Positions 39,440-52,899 of a DNA stretch of 64,000 bases are shown piece after piece. The notes beneath the pieces are model-generated. The model was not told where the DNA came from and ran no database searches. It saw nothing but the letters and a program-made list of their open reading frames with translations. The DNA lies in the NCBI GenBank assembly GCA_951406725.2, contig OX597827.1, forward strand, positions 40,796,001-40,860,000, given 5' to 3'. Both the position numbers and the translations under genes were made by a program. This DNA comes from Octopus vulgaris (taxonomy: Eukaryota). Position 1 is the first letter of the stretch, and the number at the start of each line of letters is the position of its first letter.

Positions 39440-40509
39440 AGCGTGCGTACGTACGTACGTATGTATGTATGTATGTATACAGGTTAACATGCATTTTGTC
39501 GCCGCAAAAAAAAAAGGGAATATAAATTGTTCCGGAAAATTGCTGAAAAATTAATGTGAATTACGATAGAAGCCAGAAGTGATGATGCTGGCTTAACGAA
39601 TGTATAGAACGTACGTATGTTAAATATATGAACACTTGATATATTTTATATAAGATGAAAACAATCATATTTACGTGGAAGCAACAGTCACTGATGCACG
39701 ATGTGAGATTTGTGAACAGTTTTCTACGATTTCTAAATTTGTTTCGCAACACATGCTTATGAAGATATGACCTAAATAAATCGTCGCTAATCCCATATTG
39801 TCGCCCGAGTTACTTCTTGGCTGGAATCCATCGCCCGTGTAGAATTTGTGAAAGGATACTGTCATCGTTTGAATCAACAAAATTGAGCGCATGGTCGACA
39901 ACTTCATGAGTGTAGAAGTTGTCGAGACCCACATATGAAGCCTACCCATGGGATATCAAATGCATTCCTGACAATATCCAATGCCCGATAAAGGTCCAAA
40001 GTGTTTCTTGCGTACGATGGCAGATGGAGTTCTTTATCTATCTCTATCTATCCGCTCAGTCGAAGTCGACTCTCTCTTACTCGATTGATCAGTGTCCTCC
40101 AGTCAGTTCTATCCTGGGCCGCGTCTTTCAGATTGGCTATGTCCATTCCGGTATCACTTTTGATGGTGTCAAGCCAGCGGGTTCTTGCTGGGCCTCTTCC
40201 TCTCTTGCCACTGACCATTCCGAGCATGATGTCCTTCTCCAGGGATTTTCTCTGCATAATATGACCAAAATATGTCAATCTATGCTTTCTGATCCTAGCT
40301 TCTAGCGACATTTTCAGCCTGATCTGCTTAAGAGTTCTTTATACAAGTTTGATATATCACTGTCGTCACATCCGATTCTCTAGGACAATTAACACTCACT
40401 TTTTTTATAATAGTAAACTGTATATGATAACTCTGTATACCTAACATAAACTCGGAATACGAATATGGAAATGTGTAAAATAAGGGGGTAAAAAAAAATT
40501 AGCATCAAA

Positions 40510-40591
40510 TGGCAGCAGTGGGATTCGAACCCACGCCTCCGAAGAGACTGGTGCCTTAAACCAGCGCCTTAGACCGCTCGGCCACGCTACC
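40510..40591 (-). tRNA. trnL-AAG: tRNA-Leu(AAG), C66>U
   Basis: G7-U66 wobble; otherwise consensus. Confidence 0.92.
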
Positions 40592-41141
40592 AATACGTTA
40601 ACTGTTTGACAGATTAATATGAAATTATAATGTCAGTGCGTGTTGTTTGTGTTAGATAATATTTATATGAAGAAGTGTTTTATATGCCGCCATTTTCAAA
40701 GCCTGTGAGTATGTATATACATATATGCATGCATGTATGTTGAGCGGGTGGATGGAAAGTTGTGTCATTATGCACCCTGGCCCCAAAAACTTCATGCTGA
40801 ACCCTTTATTCCGACCGCAAGGGTAGATTGATCTCATCCGAAAGTCAATACCAGGGATACTCTCCTTCCGATTACTTCCTTCTTTATCATACCCTTTGCT
40901 CGTTCCACTTCTACAACTGTGTGTGTGGGTGGGTGGAGGGTTCTTATTTTTGTTTCAGTCACTTGACTACGGCCATGCTGGGACACCACCTTGAATCAAA
41001 CAAATCGCGCATACAACACATATAGTTATATTTGATAATGAAGCAATCTGATAAATATTAAGTAATAAATCATAGATCATATTTATTAGAAAATGTGAAC
41101 ATGGAACAAGATCACTGAAACAAAACAAAAAGGATGCATAT

Positions 41142-41223
41142 TGGCAGCGGTGGGATTCGAACCCACGCCTCCGAAGAGACTAGTGCCTTAAACCAGCGCC
41201 TTAGACCGCTCGGCCACGCTACC
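41142..41223 (-). tRNA. trnL-AAG: tRNA-Leu(AAG), C41>U
   Basis: G29-U41 wobble. Confidence 0.9.
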
Positions 41224-41921
41224 GACGAGATGAAATGCTGCGTTACAATATAGTCATCATGAGTATGTATTTCTTGTGGGGGAAAAACGATGTTTTATAT
41301 ATCAATGTTCTATATGTATAAGGCGGCGAGCTGGCAGAATCGTTAGCACGCCGGACAAAATGCTTAGCGGTATTTCGTCTGCCGCTACGTTCTGAGTTCA
41401 AATTCCGCTGAGGTTGACTTTGCCGTTCATCCTGGAGTCGATGTAATCGACTTAATCCGTTTGTCTGTCCTTGTTTATCCTCTCTGTGTTTAGTCCCTTG
41501 TGGGTAGTAAAGAAATAGGTATTTCGTCTACCGTTACGTTCTGAGTTCAAATTCCGCCGGGCTCGATTAAATAAGTATCAGTTACGCACTGGATTCGATG
41601 TAATCGACTTAATCCGTTTGTCTGTCCTTGTTTGTCTCCTCTGTGTTTAGACCCTTGTGGGTAGTAAAGAAATAGGTATTTCGTCTGACTTGATACTTTC
41701 AGTTCAAATTCCACCGAGGTCAACTTTGCTTTCATCCTTTTGAGGTCGATAAATCAAGTACCAGTTGCGTACAGGGGTCGATCCAATGACTGGCCCCGTC
41801 CCCAAAACTTTCTGGCCTTGTGCCTAGAGTAGAAAAGAATACTTTACATGTATATATTTATCAAAATAATGTAGTTATCGAATCTAAATCTGATCATTGA
41901 AATTTTGCCAAAACTAACATG

Positions 41922-42003
41922 TGGCAGCAGTGGGATTCGAACCCACGCCTCCGAAGAGACTGGTGCCTAAAACCAGCGCCTTAGACCACTCGGCCACGCT
42001 ACC
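41922..42003 (-). tRNA. trnL-TAG: tRNA-Leu(TAG), C66>U
   Basis: TAG anticodon. Confidence 0.92.
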
Positions 42004-42257
42004 AGAACAATTCGGTAGTCCATATATTACTATGAAATTATCACGCTATTGTGTAATCTCATAGGAAGATAAAGTGTTTAAGTGTGACAGTTTGACAGTC
42101 TTATACTTCGATATTTTGTGTATCTGTATGCACACTCCCTCTCTCTCATTCACCCTCCCCCTCTCTCTCACTCACTCTTTCTTGCTCTATCTATCTATCT
42201 TTCTATGCATCTGTATATGTGTATGTATGTATGTATGTATGTATGTATGTATGTATG

Positions 42258-42289
<32 letters not shown>

Positions 42290-42401
42290 CACATGCCTAC
42301 ACTCACACACGCAGTAGGACAGAGAGGTCCTCACAGCCCTGTGAGTGGATTTGGTAGACGGAAACTGAAAGAAGCCCGTCGTATATATATATATATGAAT
42401 A

Positions 42402-42658
42402 TTTTTTAGACCACTCCCCTAAGAAAGACAGTTTGTGCCCTGCCTACCCCAAAAAAAGTCCCCCACCACCACCCCATCAAATCTGCCTAAATGTATAAAT
42501 GCCAAAAATATTCTTGACGCCAAGCTTCCTGATGATTTCATTCGAATGAAACAGTTCTAGTCCTGTAGAAGCTCCTTCTATATAATAAATTAATTTACTC
42601 TGCCATGTATTGAGTACCTTATTTACTGTGGTTAACCCCGACTCAACCCAGGACCTAC
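42402..42658 (+). mobile_element. Probable Penelope-like element 3' end in (TA)n
   Basis: Duplicate of 28734-28990; contains a complete hammerhead core. Confidence 0.58.
42523..42573 (+). ncRNA. Type I hammerhead ribozyme motif
   Basis: AGCTTC CTGATGA TTTCATTCGAAT GAAA CAG TTCTAGTC CTG TA GAAGCT: 6-bp stem I, conserved core, stem III and GUA cleavage triplet; stem II is weak. Confidence 0.7.
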
Positions 42659-42670
42659 ATATATATATAT

Positions 42671-42737
42671 ATCCGAAGGTACGGATCCATTTTGCCGACT
42701 TCCCTTACCTACATTGGCGCTATCGACGAGAGGCTGT
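42671..42737 (-). pseudogene. 28S rRNA fragment (duplicate)
   Basis: Same sequence as 29003-29069. Confidence 0.85.
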
Positions 42738-42838
42738 ATATATATATATATTCATATATATATCTATATAAACAAAACCAACATGCTCTGACATTATTGA
42801 CATAATTTCATATAAATATATCATATCTACGACATATC

Positions 42839-42920
42839 GGTAGCGTGGCCAAGCGGTCTAAGGCGCTGGTTTAAGGCACCAGTCTCTTCGGAGGCGTGGG
42901 TTCGAATCCCACCGCTGCCA
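42839..42920 (+). tRNA. trnL-AAG: tRNA-Leu(AAG), G13>A
   Basis: TGGCCAAGCGG A box. Confidence 0.9.
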
Positions 42921-42944
42921 ATTTGTATTTCTTTTTACATTTCC

Positions 42945-42996
<52 letters not shown>

Positions 42997-43173
42997 ACAT
43001 ATATATGATCGGTGGCCCAAGAGTAACCGAACCCTAATTATTGTTAAAGGTAACACGTAAATGGAACAGAATTTTTTATTACACAAGGTTACAGCAAATA
43101 TTCAATAAATTCGATAGGGTTCGGTTATACACATACTTACATGCGTACGTACGTGCATGCGTACGTACGTGCA

Positions 43174-43261
<88 letters not shown>

Positions 43262-44281
43262 TACTTACCTATGTATGTATGTATGTATGTATGTATGTAT
43301 GTATGTATACAGGTTAACATGCATTTTGTCGCCGCAAAAAAAAAAATGGAATATAAATTGTCGTGCAAAATTGCTGAAAAATTAATGTGAATTACGATAG
43401 AAGCCGGAAGTGATGACGCTGGCTTAACGAATGTATAGAACGTACGTACGTTAAATATTGATTTATTTTATATAAGATGAAAACAATCATATTTACGTGG
43501 AAGCAACAGTCACTGTTACACGAAATGAGATTTGTGAACAGTTTTCCACGATTTCTAAATTTCTTTCGCAACACATGCTTATGAAGAAATGATTTAAATA
43601 AATCGTCGCTAATCCCATATTGTCGCCTGAGTTTCGTCATGGCGGGAATCCATCGCCCGTGTAGAATTTGTGAAAGGATACTGTCATCGTTTGAATCAAC
43701 AAAATTGAGCGCATGGTCGACAACTTCATGAGTGTAGTTGTCGAGACCCACATATGAAGCCTACCCATGGGATATCAAATGCATTCCTGACAATATCCAA
43801 TGCCCGATAAAGGTCCAAAGTGTTTCGTGCGTACGATGGCAGATGGAGTTCTTTATCTATCTCTATCTATCCAGTCAGTTCTATCCTGGGCCGCGTCTTT
43901 CAGATTGGCTATGTCCATTCCGGTATCTCTTTTGATGGTGTCAAGCCAGCGGGTTCTTGCTGGGCCTCTTCCTCTCTTGCCACTGACCATTCCGAGCATG
44001 ATGTCCTTCTCCAGGGATTTTCTCAGCATAATATGACCAAAATATGTCAATCTATGCTTTCTGATCCTAGCTTCTAGCGACATTTTCAGCCTGATCTGCT
44101 TAAGAGTTCTTTATACAAGTTTGATATATCACTGTCGTCACATCCGATTCTCTAGGACAATTAACACTCACTTTTTTTATAATAGTAAACTGTATATGAT
44201 AACTCTGTATACCTAACATAAACTCGGAATACGAATATGGAAATGTGTAAAATAAGGGGATAAAAAAAAATTAGCATCATG

Positions 44282-44363
44282 TGGCAGCGGTGGGATTCGA
44301 ACCCACGCCTCCGAAGAGACTGGTGCCTTAAACCAGCGCCTTAGACCGCTCGGCCACGCTACC
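44282..44363 (-). tRNA. trnL-AAG: tRNA-Leu(AAG)
   Basis: Consensus copy. Confidence 0.96.
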
Positions 44364-44915
44364 AATACGTTAACTGTTTGACAGATTAATATGAAATTAT
44401 AATGTCAGTGCGTGTTGTTTGTGTTAGATAATATTTATATGAAGAAGTGTTTTATATGCCGCCATTTTCAAAGCCTGTGAGTATCTATATACATATATGC
44501 ATGCATGTATGTTGAGCGGGTGGATGGAAAGTTGTGTCATTATGCACCCTGGCCCAAAGAACTTCATGCTGAACCCTTTATTCCGACCGCAAGGGTAGAT
44601 TGATCTCATCCGAAAGTCAATACCAGGGATACTTTCCTTCCGATTACTTCCTTCTTTATCATACCCTTTGCTCGTTCCACTTCTACAACTGTGTGTGTGG
44701 GTGGGTGGAGGGTTCTTTTTTTTTGTTTCAGTCACTTGACTACGGCCATGCTGGAATACCACCTTGAATCAAACAAATCGCGCATACAACACATATAGTT
44801 ATAATTGATAATGAAGCAATCTGATGAATATTAAGTAATAATTCATAGATCATATTTTTTAGAAAATGTGAACATGGAACAAGATCACTGAAACCAAACA
44901 AAAAAGGATGCATAT

Positions 44916-44997
44916 TGGCAGCGGTGGGATTCGAACCCACGCCTCCGAAGAGACTGGTGCCTTAAACCAGCGCCTTAGACCGCTCGGCCACGCTACC
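44916..44997 (-). tRNA. trnL-AAG: tRNA-Leu(AAG)
   Basis: Consensus copy. Confidence 0.96.
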
Positions 44998-46146
44998 AGA
45001 GCCGTTGGCATGTCATATAATTTCCATATATATGGAGACAGCCACCAATATATATGTCTGTGGCTTTCGATTGGATAAAGTTACCCACTTTGTAAGATTT
45101 AAAAGCTATTAACTTCCTTATCTGTTAACTTATGACAAAAATGAATTTCATTTTCATACCAGGCATACAAAACTACATCAGTACATCAAATTTGAAAACA
45201 GCTGAAACAAAATTATAAAATGATAAACTGTGACAGCAACAGAAAAGAACACGGTTGACTTTGGAAGCATACTTTTGCCATCATGGATAATATCAGGAAT
45301 TATAACATACATCGTGCACTCCGCCTTATTTCGAATTGGAGGGTACAAGATCATTCTCAAAGTTTCTGGTAATTATTGTGCCGGCTCCTTTTACCGAACC
45401 GCCATATTAAGAGGACATAAAGAAAGCAGAACCGGTCGCCTATCGACAGTGAGGGACAAACACTTGACAAGAATAAACACACTTAGTCTGTCATTTTAAC
45501 GGCGGTGCATCGGCATGGCCGCAGCTCTGAGCTGAAACTAGAGGAAAAAATAAATAAATATAAAACGGGCTTCGACACAATGGCTATCTTCTAAATTTTT
45601 CTTACCCGGGGCTATAGAAGAAGACATTTGCACAAGGTGCCGCCCGATCGCGTACACACACACACACATACACCCAAATATATGGAGCAAAAATTAAAGG
45701 TATCACGAAAACGACATAAAAAAAAACCAAACAAACAAACGCCCAGGAAAATAGAAGGAAAAGCTTTATATGCTTCGAGCATACGTTCTTCTAGAGTAAG
45801 TGGTCCACAACCTTTTCTTCACTTGCGGTACATTTATATTCTTTCCAAAATTCGGAATACACCTGTACAAAAAATATACCTAAAAGTATAGGGGATAAAA
45901 TTATATTCGGGTTACACTGCGGCACACCAAGCATCGTCTCGTGACACCAGTGTGTCGCGGCACACCGGTTGCAGAGCACTGTTCTAGACAAAGAATAGAC
46001 GAGGGCAGAAAAAAAATGGAGAGAGAATACAAAAAACGAGTTACAGTTAGACGTTTGTCGCATCCATAATGTCTTGAGTTGTAATTTTCATATGTATATG
46101 AAATATGAAAAAACAAATATACCAAAAAACGTTTTTAAAAGTTGAT

Positions 46147-46228
46147 TGGCAGCGGTGGGATTCGAAACCACGCCTCCGACGAGACTGGTGCCTTAAACCA
46201 GCGCCTTAGACCGCTCGGCCACGCTACC
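46147..46228 (-). tRNA. trnL-AAG: tRNA-Leu(AAG), B-box mutant (possible pseudogene)
   Basis: G53>U and a variable-arm T>G change. Confidence 0.7.
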
Positions 46229-46964
46229 GACGAGCTGCACGGTTACGTTACAATATAGTCACCATGAGTATGCATCTCCTGTGGGAAAAACGATTTTTTA
46301 TATATCAATATTTTACATGTATAAGGCAGCGAGCTGGCAGAAACGATAACACGCTGGACGAAATGCTTAGCGGTATTTCGGCTGCCGTTACATTGTGAGT
46401 TCAAATTCCGCCGAGGTAGACTTTGCCTTTCACCCTTTCGGGGTCGATAAATTAAGTACCAGTTAGCACTGGGGTCGATATAATCGACTTAATACCTATG
46501 TCTGTCCATGTTTGTCCCCTCTATGTTTAGCCCCTTGTGGGTAATAAAAAAATAGGTATTTCGTTTGCCGCTACGTTCTGAGTTCAAATTCCGCCGAGGT
46601 CGACTTTGTCTTTCATCCTTTCGGGGTCGATAAATTAAGTACCAGTTACGCACTGGGGTCGATCAATCGACTTAATCCGTTCGTCTGTCCTTGTTTGCCC
46701 CTTCTGTTTACTACCCTTGTGGGTAGTAAAGAAATAGGTATTTCGTATGACTTGATAATCTGAGTTCAAATTCGGCCGACGTCAACTTTGCTTTCATCAT
46801 TTTGGGGTCGATAAATCAAGTACCAGTTGCGTACAGGACGCCATCCAATGACTGGCCCCGTAAACAAAACTTTCAGGCCTTGTGCCTAGAGTAGAAAAGA
46901 ATACTTTACATGTATATATTTATCAAAATAATGTAATCATTGAAATTTTGCCAAAACTAATATG

Positions 46965-47046
46965 TGGCAGCGGTGGGATTCGAACCCACGCCTCCGAAGA
47001 GACTGGTGCCTAAAACCAGCGCCTTAGACCACTCGGCCACGCTACC
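46965..47046 (-). tRNA. trnL-TAG: tRNA-Leu(TAG)
   Basis: TAG consensus copy. Confidence 0.95.
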
Positions 47047-47391
47047 AGAACAGTTCGGCAGCCCATATATTACTATGAAATTATCACGCTATTGTGTAAT
47101 CTCATAGGAAGTTAGAGTATTTATGTGTGACAGTTTGACAGTCTTCTATATTTTGTGTATCTGTATGCACACTCCCTCTCTCTCATTCACCCTCCCCCTC
47201 TCTCTCACTCGCTCTTTCTCTCTCTATGTTTCTATGAATCTGTGTATGTGTATGTATGTATGTATGTATGTATTATGTAAACACATGCCTACACTCACAC
47301 ACGCACGCACACAGAGTAGGACAGAGAAGTCCTCACAGCCTTGTGAGTGGATTTGGTAGACGGAAAATGAAAGAAGCCCGTCGTATATATA

Positions 47392-47466
<75 letters not shown>

Positions 47467-47511
47467 GTAAATGTATATGTATATATATATATATGAATAT
47501 ACATATATATA

Positions 47512-47552
<41 letters not shown>

Positions 47553-47629
47553 ATATTATCTTACAAAACCAACATGCTCTGACATTATTGACATAATTTC
47601 ATATAAATATATCAGCTTCTCACCATATC

Positions 47630-47711
47630 GGTAGCGTGGCCGAGCGGTCTAAGGCGCTGGTTTAAGGCACCAGTCTCTTCGGAGGCGTGGGTTCGAATCC
47701 CACCGCTGCCA
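47630..47711 (+). tRNA. trnL-AAG: tRNA-Leu(AAG)
   Basis: Consensus copy. Confidence 0.96.
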
Positions 47712-48789
47712 ATTTGTATTTTTTTTTACATTTCCATATATATATATGTGTATGTATATATACATATATATGATCGGTGGCCCAAGAGTAACCGAACCCT
47801 AATTATTGTTAAAGGTAACACATAAATGGAACAGAATTTTTATTACACAAGGTTACAGCAAATATTCAATAAATTCGATAGGGTTCGGTTATACACATAC
47901 GTGCATGCGTACGTACGTGCATGCGTGCGTGCGTGCGTGCGTGCGTACGTACGTATGTATGTATGTATGTATGTATGTATGTATGTATGTATGTATGTAT
48001 GTATGTATGTATGTATGTATGTATGTATGTATGTATGCATGCATGCATACATGTATGTATACAGGTTATCATGCATTTTGTCGCCGCAAAAAGAAAAAGG
48101 GAATATAAATTGTCGTGAAAAATTGCTGAAAAATTAATGTGAATTACGATAGAAGCCGGAAGTGATGACGCTGGCTAAACGAATGTATAGAAGGTACGTA
48201 TGTTAAATATAACATGAACACTTGATATATTTTATATAAGATGAAAACAATCATATTTACGTGGAAGCAACAGTTACTGATGCACAATATGAGATTTGTG
48301 AACAATTTTCCACGATTTCTAAATTTGTTTCGCAACACATGCTTATGAAGATATGATTTAAATCAATCGTCGCTAATCCCATAGTGTCGCCCGAGTTTCT
48401 TCTTGGCGGGAATCCATCGCCCGTGTAGAATTTGTGAAAGGATACTGTCATCGTTTGAATCAACAAAATTGAGCGCATGGTCGACAACTTCATGAGTGTA
48501 GAAGTTGTCGAGACCCACATATGAAGCCTACCCATGGGATATCAAATGTATTCCTGACAATATCCAATGCCCGATAAAGGTCCTAACTGTTTCTTGCGTA
48601 CGATGGAAGATGGAGTTCTTTATACAAGTTTAATATATCAATGTCGTCACTTCCAATTCTCTAGGACAATTAACAATCACATTTTACAATAGTAAACTGT
48701 ATATGATAACTTAGTATATCTAACATAAACTCGGAATACGAATATGGAAATATACAAAATAAGAGGGTAAAAAAAAAAGGAGCATCAAA

Positions 48790-48871
48790 TGGCAGCGGTG
48801 GGATTCGAACCCACGCCTCCGAAGAGACTGGTGCCTTAAACCAGCGCCTTAGACCGCTCGGCCACGCTACC
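48790..48871 (-). tRNA. trnL-AAG: tRNA-Leu(AAG)
   Basis: Consensus copy. Confidence 0.96.
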
Positions 48872-50011
48872 AGAAACGTTGACATGTCATATAATTTCCA
48901 TATATATGGAGACAGCCACCAATATATATGTCTGTGGCTTTCGATTGGATAAAGTTACCCACTTTGCAAGATTTAAAAGCTATTAACTTCCTTATATATT
49001 AACTTATGACAAAAATGAATTTCATTTCCATAACAGGCATACAAAACTACATCAGTACATCAAATTTGAAAACAGCTGAAACAAAATTATAAAATGATAA
49101 ACTGTGACAGCAACAGAAAAGAACACGGTTGACTTTGGAAGCATACTTTTGCCGTCATGGATAATATAAGGAAATATATCATACATCGTGTACTCCACCT
49201 TATTCCGAATTGGAGGGTACAAGGTCATTCTCAAAGTTTCCGGTAATTATTGTGCCGGCTCCTTTTACCGAACCACCATATTAAGAGGACATAAAGAAAG
49301 CAGAACCAGTCGCCTATCGACAGTGGGGGACAAACACTTGACAAGGATAAACACACTTAGTCTGTCATTTTAACGGCGGTGCATCAGCATGGCCGCAGCT
49401 CTGAGCTGAAACTAGAGGAAAAGATAAATAAATATAAAACGGGCTTCGACACAGTGGCTATCTTCTAAATTTTTCTTACCCGGGGCTATAGAAGAAGACA
49501 TTTGCACAAGGTGCCGCCCGATCGCGTACACACACACACACATACACCCAAATATATGGAGCAAAAATTAAAGGTATCACGAAAACGACATAAAAAAAAA
49601 AAAGCCCAGGAAAATAGAAGGAAAAGCTTTATATGCTTCGAGCATACGTTCTTCTAGAGTAAGTGGTCCACAATCTTTTTTTCACTTGCGGTACATTTAT
49701 ATTCTTTCCAAAATTCGGAATACACCTGTACAAAAAATATACTTAAAAGTATAGGGGATAAAATTATATTCAGGTTACACTGCGGCACACCAAGCATCGT
49801 CTTGTGACACACCAGTGTGTTGCGGCACACCGGTTGCAGAGCACTGTTCTAGACAAAGAATAGACGAGGGCAGAAAAAAAATGGAGAGAGAATACAAAAA
49901 ACGAGTTACAGTTAGACGTTTGTCGCATCCATAATGTCTTGAGTTGTAATTTTCATATGTATATGAAATATGAAAAAACAAATATACCCAAAAACGTTAT
50001 TAAAAGTTGAT

Positions 50012-50093
50012 TGGCAGCGGTGGGATTCGAAACCACGCCTCCGAAGAGACTGGTGCCTTAAACCAGCGCCTTAGACCGCTCGGCCACACTACC
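50012..50093 (-). tRNA. trnL-AAG: tRNA-Leu(AAG), B-box mutant (possible pseudogene)
   Basis: G53>U and C6>U. Confidence 0.7.
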
Positions 50094-50654
50094 GACGAGC
50101 TGCATGGTTACGTTACAATATAGTCACCATGAGTATGCATCTCCTGTGGGAAAAACGATTTTTTATATATCAATATTTTACATGTATAAGACAGCGAGCT
50201 GGCAGAAACGATAACACGCCGGACGAAATGCTTAGCGGTATTTCGTTTGCCGCTACGTTCTGAGTTCAAATTCCGCCGAGGTCGACTTTGTCTTTCATCC
50301 TTTCGCACTGTACCAGTTACGCACTGGGGTCGATCTAATCGACTTAATCCGTTTGTCTGTCCTTGTTTGCCCCTTCTGTCTACTACCCTTCTGGGTAGTA
50401 CAGAAATAGGTATTTCGTCTGACTTGATAATTTGAGTTCAAATTCCGCCGAGGTCAACTTTGCTTTCATCATTTTGGGGTCGATAAATCAAGTACCAGTT
50501 GCGTACAGGGGTCCATCCAATGACTGGCCCCGTAAACAAAACTTTCAGGCCTTGTGCCTAGAGTAGAAAAGAATACTTTACATGTATATATTTATCAAAA
50601 TAATGTAGTTATCGAATCTAAATATGATCATTGAAATTTGCCAAAACTAACATG

Positions 50655-50736
50655 TGGCAGCAGTGGGATTCGAACCCACGCCTCCGAAGAGACTGGTGCC
50701 TAAAACCAGCGCCTTAGACCACTCGGCCACGCTACC
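50655..50736 (-). tRNA. trnL-TAG: tRNA-Leu(TAG), C66>U
   Basis: TAG anticodon. Confidence 0.92.
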
Positions 50737-51082
50737 AGAACAGTTCGACAGCCCATATATTACTATGAAATTATCACGCTATTGTGTAATCTCATAGGAA
50801 GTTAGAAGTATTTATGTGTGACAGTTTGACAGTCTTCGATATTTTGTGTATCTGTATGCACACTCCCTCTCTCTCATTCACCCTCCCCCTCTCTCTCACT
50901 CGCTCTTTCTCTCTCTATGTTTCTATGAATCTGTGTATGTGTATGTATGTATGTATGTATGTATTATGTAAACACATGCCTACACTCACACACGCACGCA
51001 CACAGAGTAGGACAGAGAAGTCCTCACAGCCTTGTGAGTGGATTTGGTAGACGGAAAATGAAAGAAGCCCGTCGTATATATA

Positions 51083-51135
<53 letters not shown>

Positions 51136-51186
51136 GTATATGTAAATGTATATGTATATATATATATATGAATATACATATATTTA

Positions 51187-51225
<39 letters not shown>

Positions 51226-51302
51226 ATATTATCTTACAAAACCAACATGCTCTGACATTATTGACATAATTTCATATAAATATATCAGCTTCTCACCATA
51301 TC

Positions 51303-51384
51303 GGTAGCGTGGCCGAGCGGTCTAAGGCGCTGGTTTAAGGCACCAGTCTCTTCGGAGGCGTGGGTTCGAATCCCACCGCTGCCA
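51303..51384 (+). tRNA. trnL-AAG: tRNA-Leu(AAG)
   Basis: Consensus copy. Confidence 0.96.
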
Positions 51385-52405
51385 ATTTGTATTTTTTTTT
51401 ACATTTCCATATATATATATGTGTATGTATATATACATATATATGATCGGTGGCCCAAGAGTAACCGAACCCTAATTATTGTTAAAGGTAACACACAAAT
51501 GGAACAGAATTTTTTATTACACAAGGTTACAGCAAATATTCAATAAATTCGATAGGGTTCGGTTATACACATACGTGCATGCGTACGTACGTGCATGCGT
51601 GCGTGCGTGCGTGCGTGCGTACGTACGTACGTTTGTATGTATGTATGTATGTATGTATGTATGTATGTATGTATGTATGTATGCATGCATGCATCCATGT
51701 ATGTATACAGGTTATCATGCATTTTGTCGCCGCAAAAAGAAAAAGGGAATATAAATTGTCGTGAAAAATTGCTGAAAAATTAATGTGAATTACGATAGAA
51801 GCCGGAAGTGATGACGCTGGCTAAACGAATGTATAGAAGGTACGTATGTTAAATATAACATGAACACTTGATATATTTTATATAAGATGAAAACAATCAT
51901 ATTTACGTGGAAGCAACAGTTACTGATGCACAATATGAGATTTGTGAACAATTTTCCACGATTTCTAAATTTGTTTCGCAACACATGCTTATGAAGATAT
52001 GATTTAAATCAATCGTCGCTAATCCCATAGTGTCGCCCGAGTTTCTTCTTGGCGGGAATCCATCGCCCGTGTAGAATTTGTGAAAGGATACTGTCATCGT
52101 TTGAATCAACAAAATTGAGCGCATGGTCGACAACTTCATGAGTGTAGAAGTTGTCGAGACCCTCATATGAAGCCTACCCATGGGATATCAAATGTATTCC
52201 TGACAATATCCAATGCCCGATAAAGGTCCTAACTGTTTCTTGCGTACGATGGAAGATGGAGTTCTTTATACAAGTTTAATATATCAATGTCGTCACTTCC
52301 AATTCTCTAGGACAATTAACAATCACATTTTACAATAGTAAACTGTATATGATAACTTAGTATATCTAACATAAACTCGGAATACGAATATGGAAATATA
52401 CAAAA

Positions 52406-52787
52406 CTAGCAGTATCGCCCGGCGTTGCTCAGGTTTGTAAGGGAAATAACTATAAAGCATTTTAGAGAGTTATAGACAAAAAATAGCAAAAAAATGGAAA
52501 AAAAATGAAGGTAAATTTTTTTGAGAGTTAAAAAAGGTGGAGTTGCGTCCCCTAGACGGTCTGTGGTTTGGGTTTCAGATTCTCGACCCCATGTCGAATT
52601 TATCGATTTTTTTCAGAACTGGGGGAACTTTTCAAAATTTTCGCTGCGTTAGTTTTGAATTATGACATTGGGCTATGTGTGTGTCAAGTTTCATCAGAAT
52701 CGGTTGAAAGCCGTGGTCAGAGTGAGGGTACGAGAAAACAGACACACAGAAAACGCACAGACAAACTGCCGTTTATATAGAGAGAGA
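52406..52787 (-). mobile_element. Non-autonomous Helitron (382 bp)
   Basis: Minus strand 5' TC ... hairpin plus CTAG 3'. Inserted at CAAAA^TAAGAGGG with no TSD; empty site in sister units (~48760, ~35012). Confidence 0.88.
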
Positions 52788-52817
52788 TAAGAGGGTAAAA
52801 AAAAAAGGAGCATCAAA

Positions 52818-52899
52818 TGGCAGCGGTGGGATTCGAACCCACGCCTCCGAAGAGACTGGTGCCTTAAACCAGCGCCTTAGACCGCTCGGCCACGCTACC
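52818..52899 (-). tRNA. trnL-AAG: tRNA-Leu(AAG)
   Basis: Consensus copy. Confidence 0.96.
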
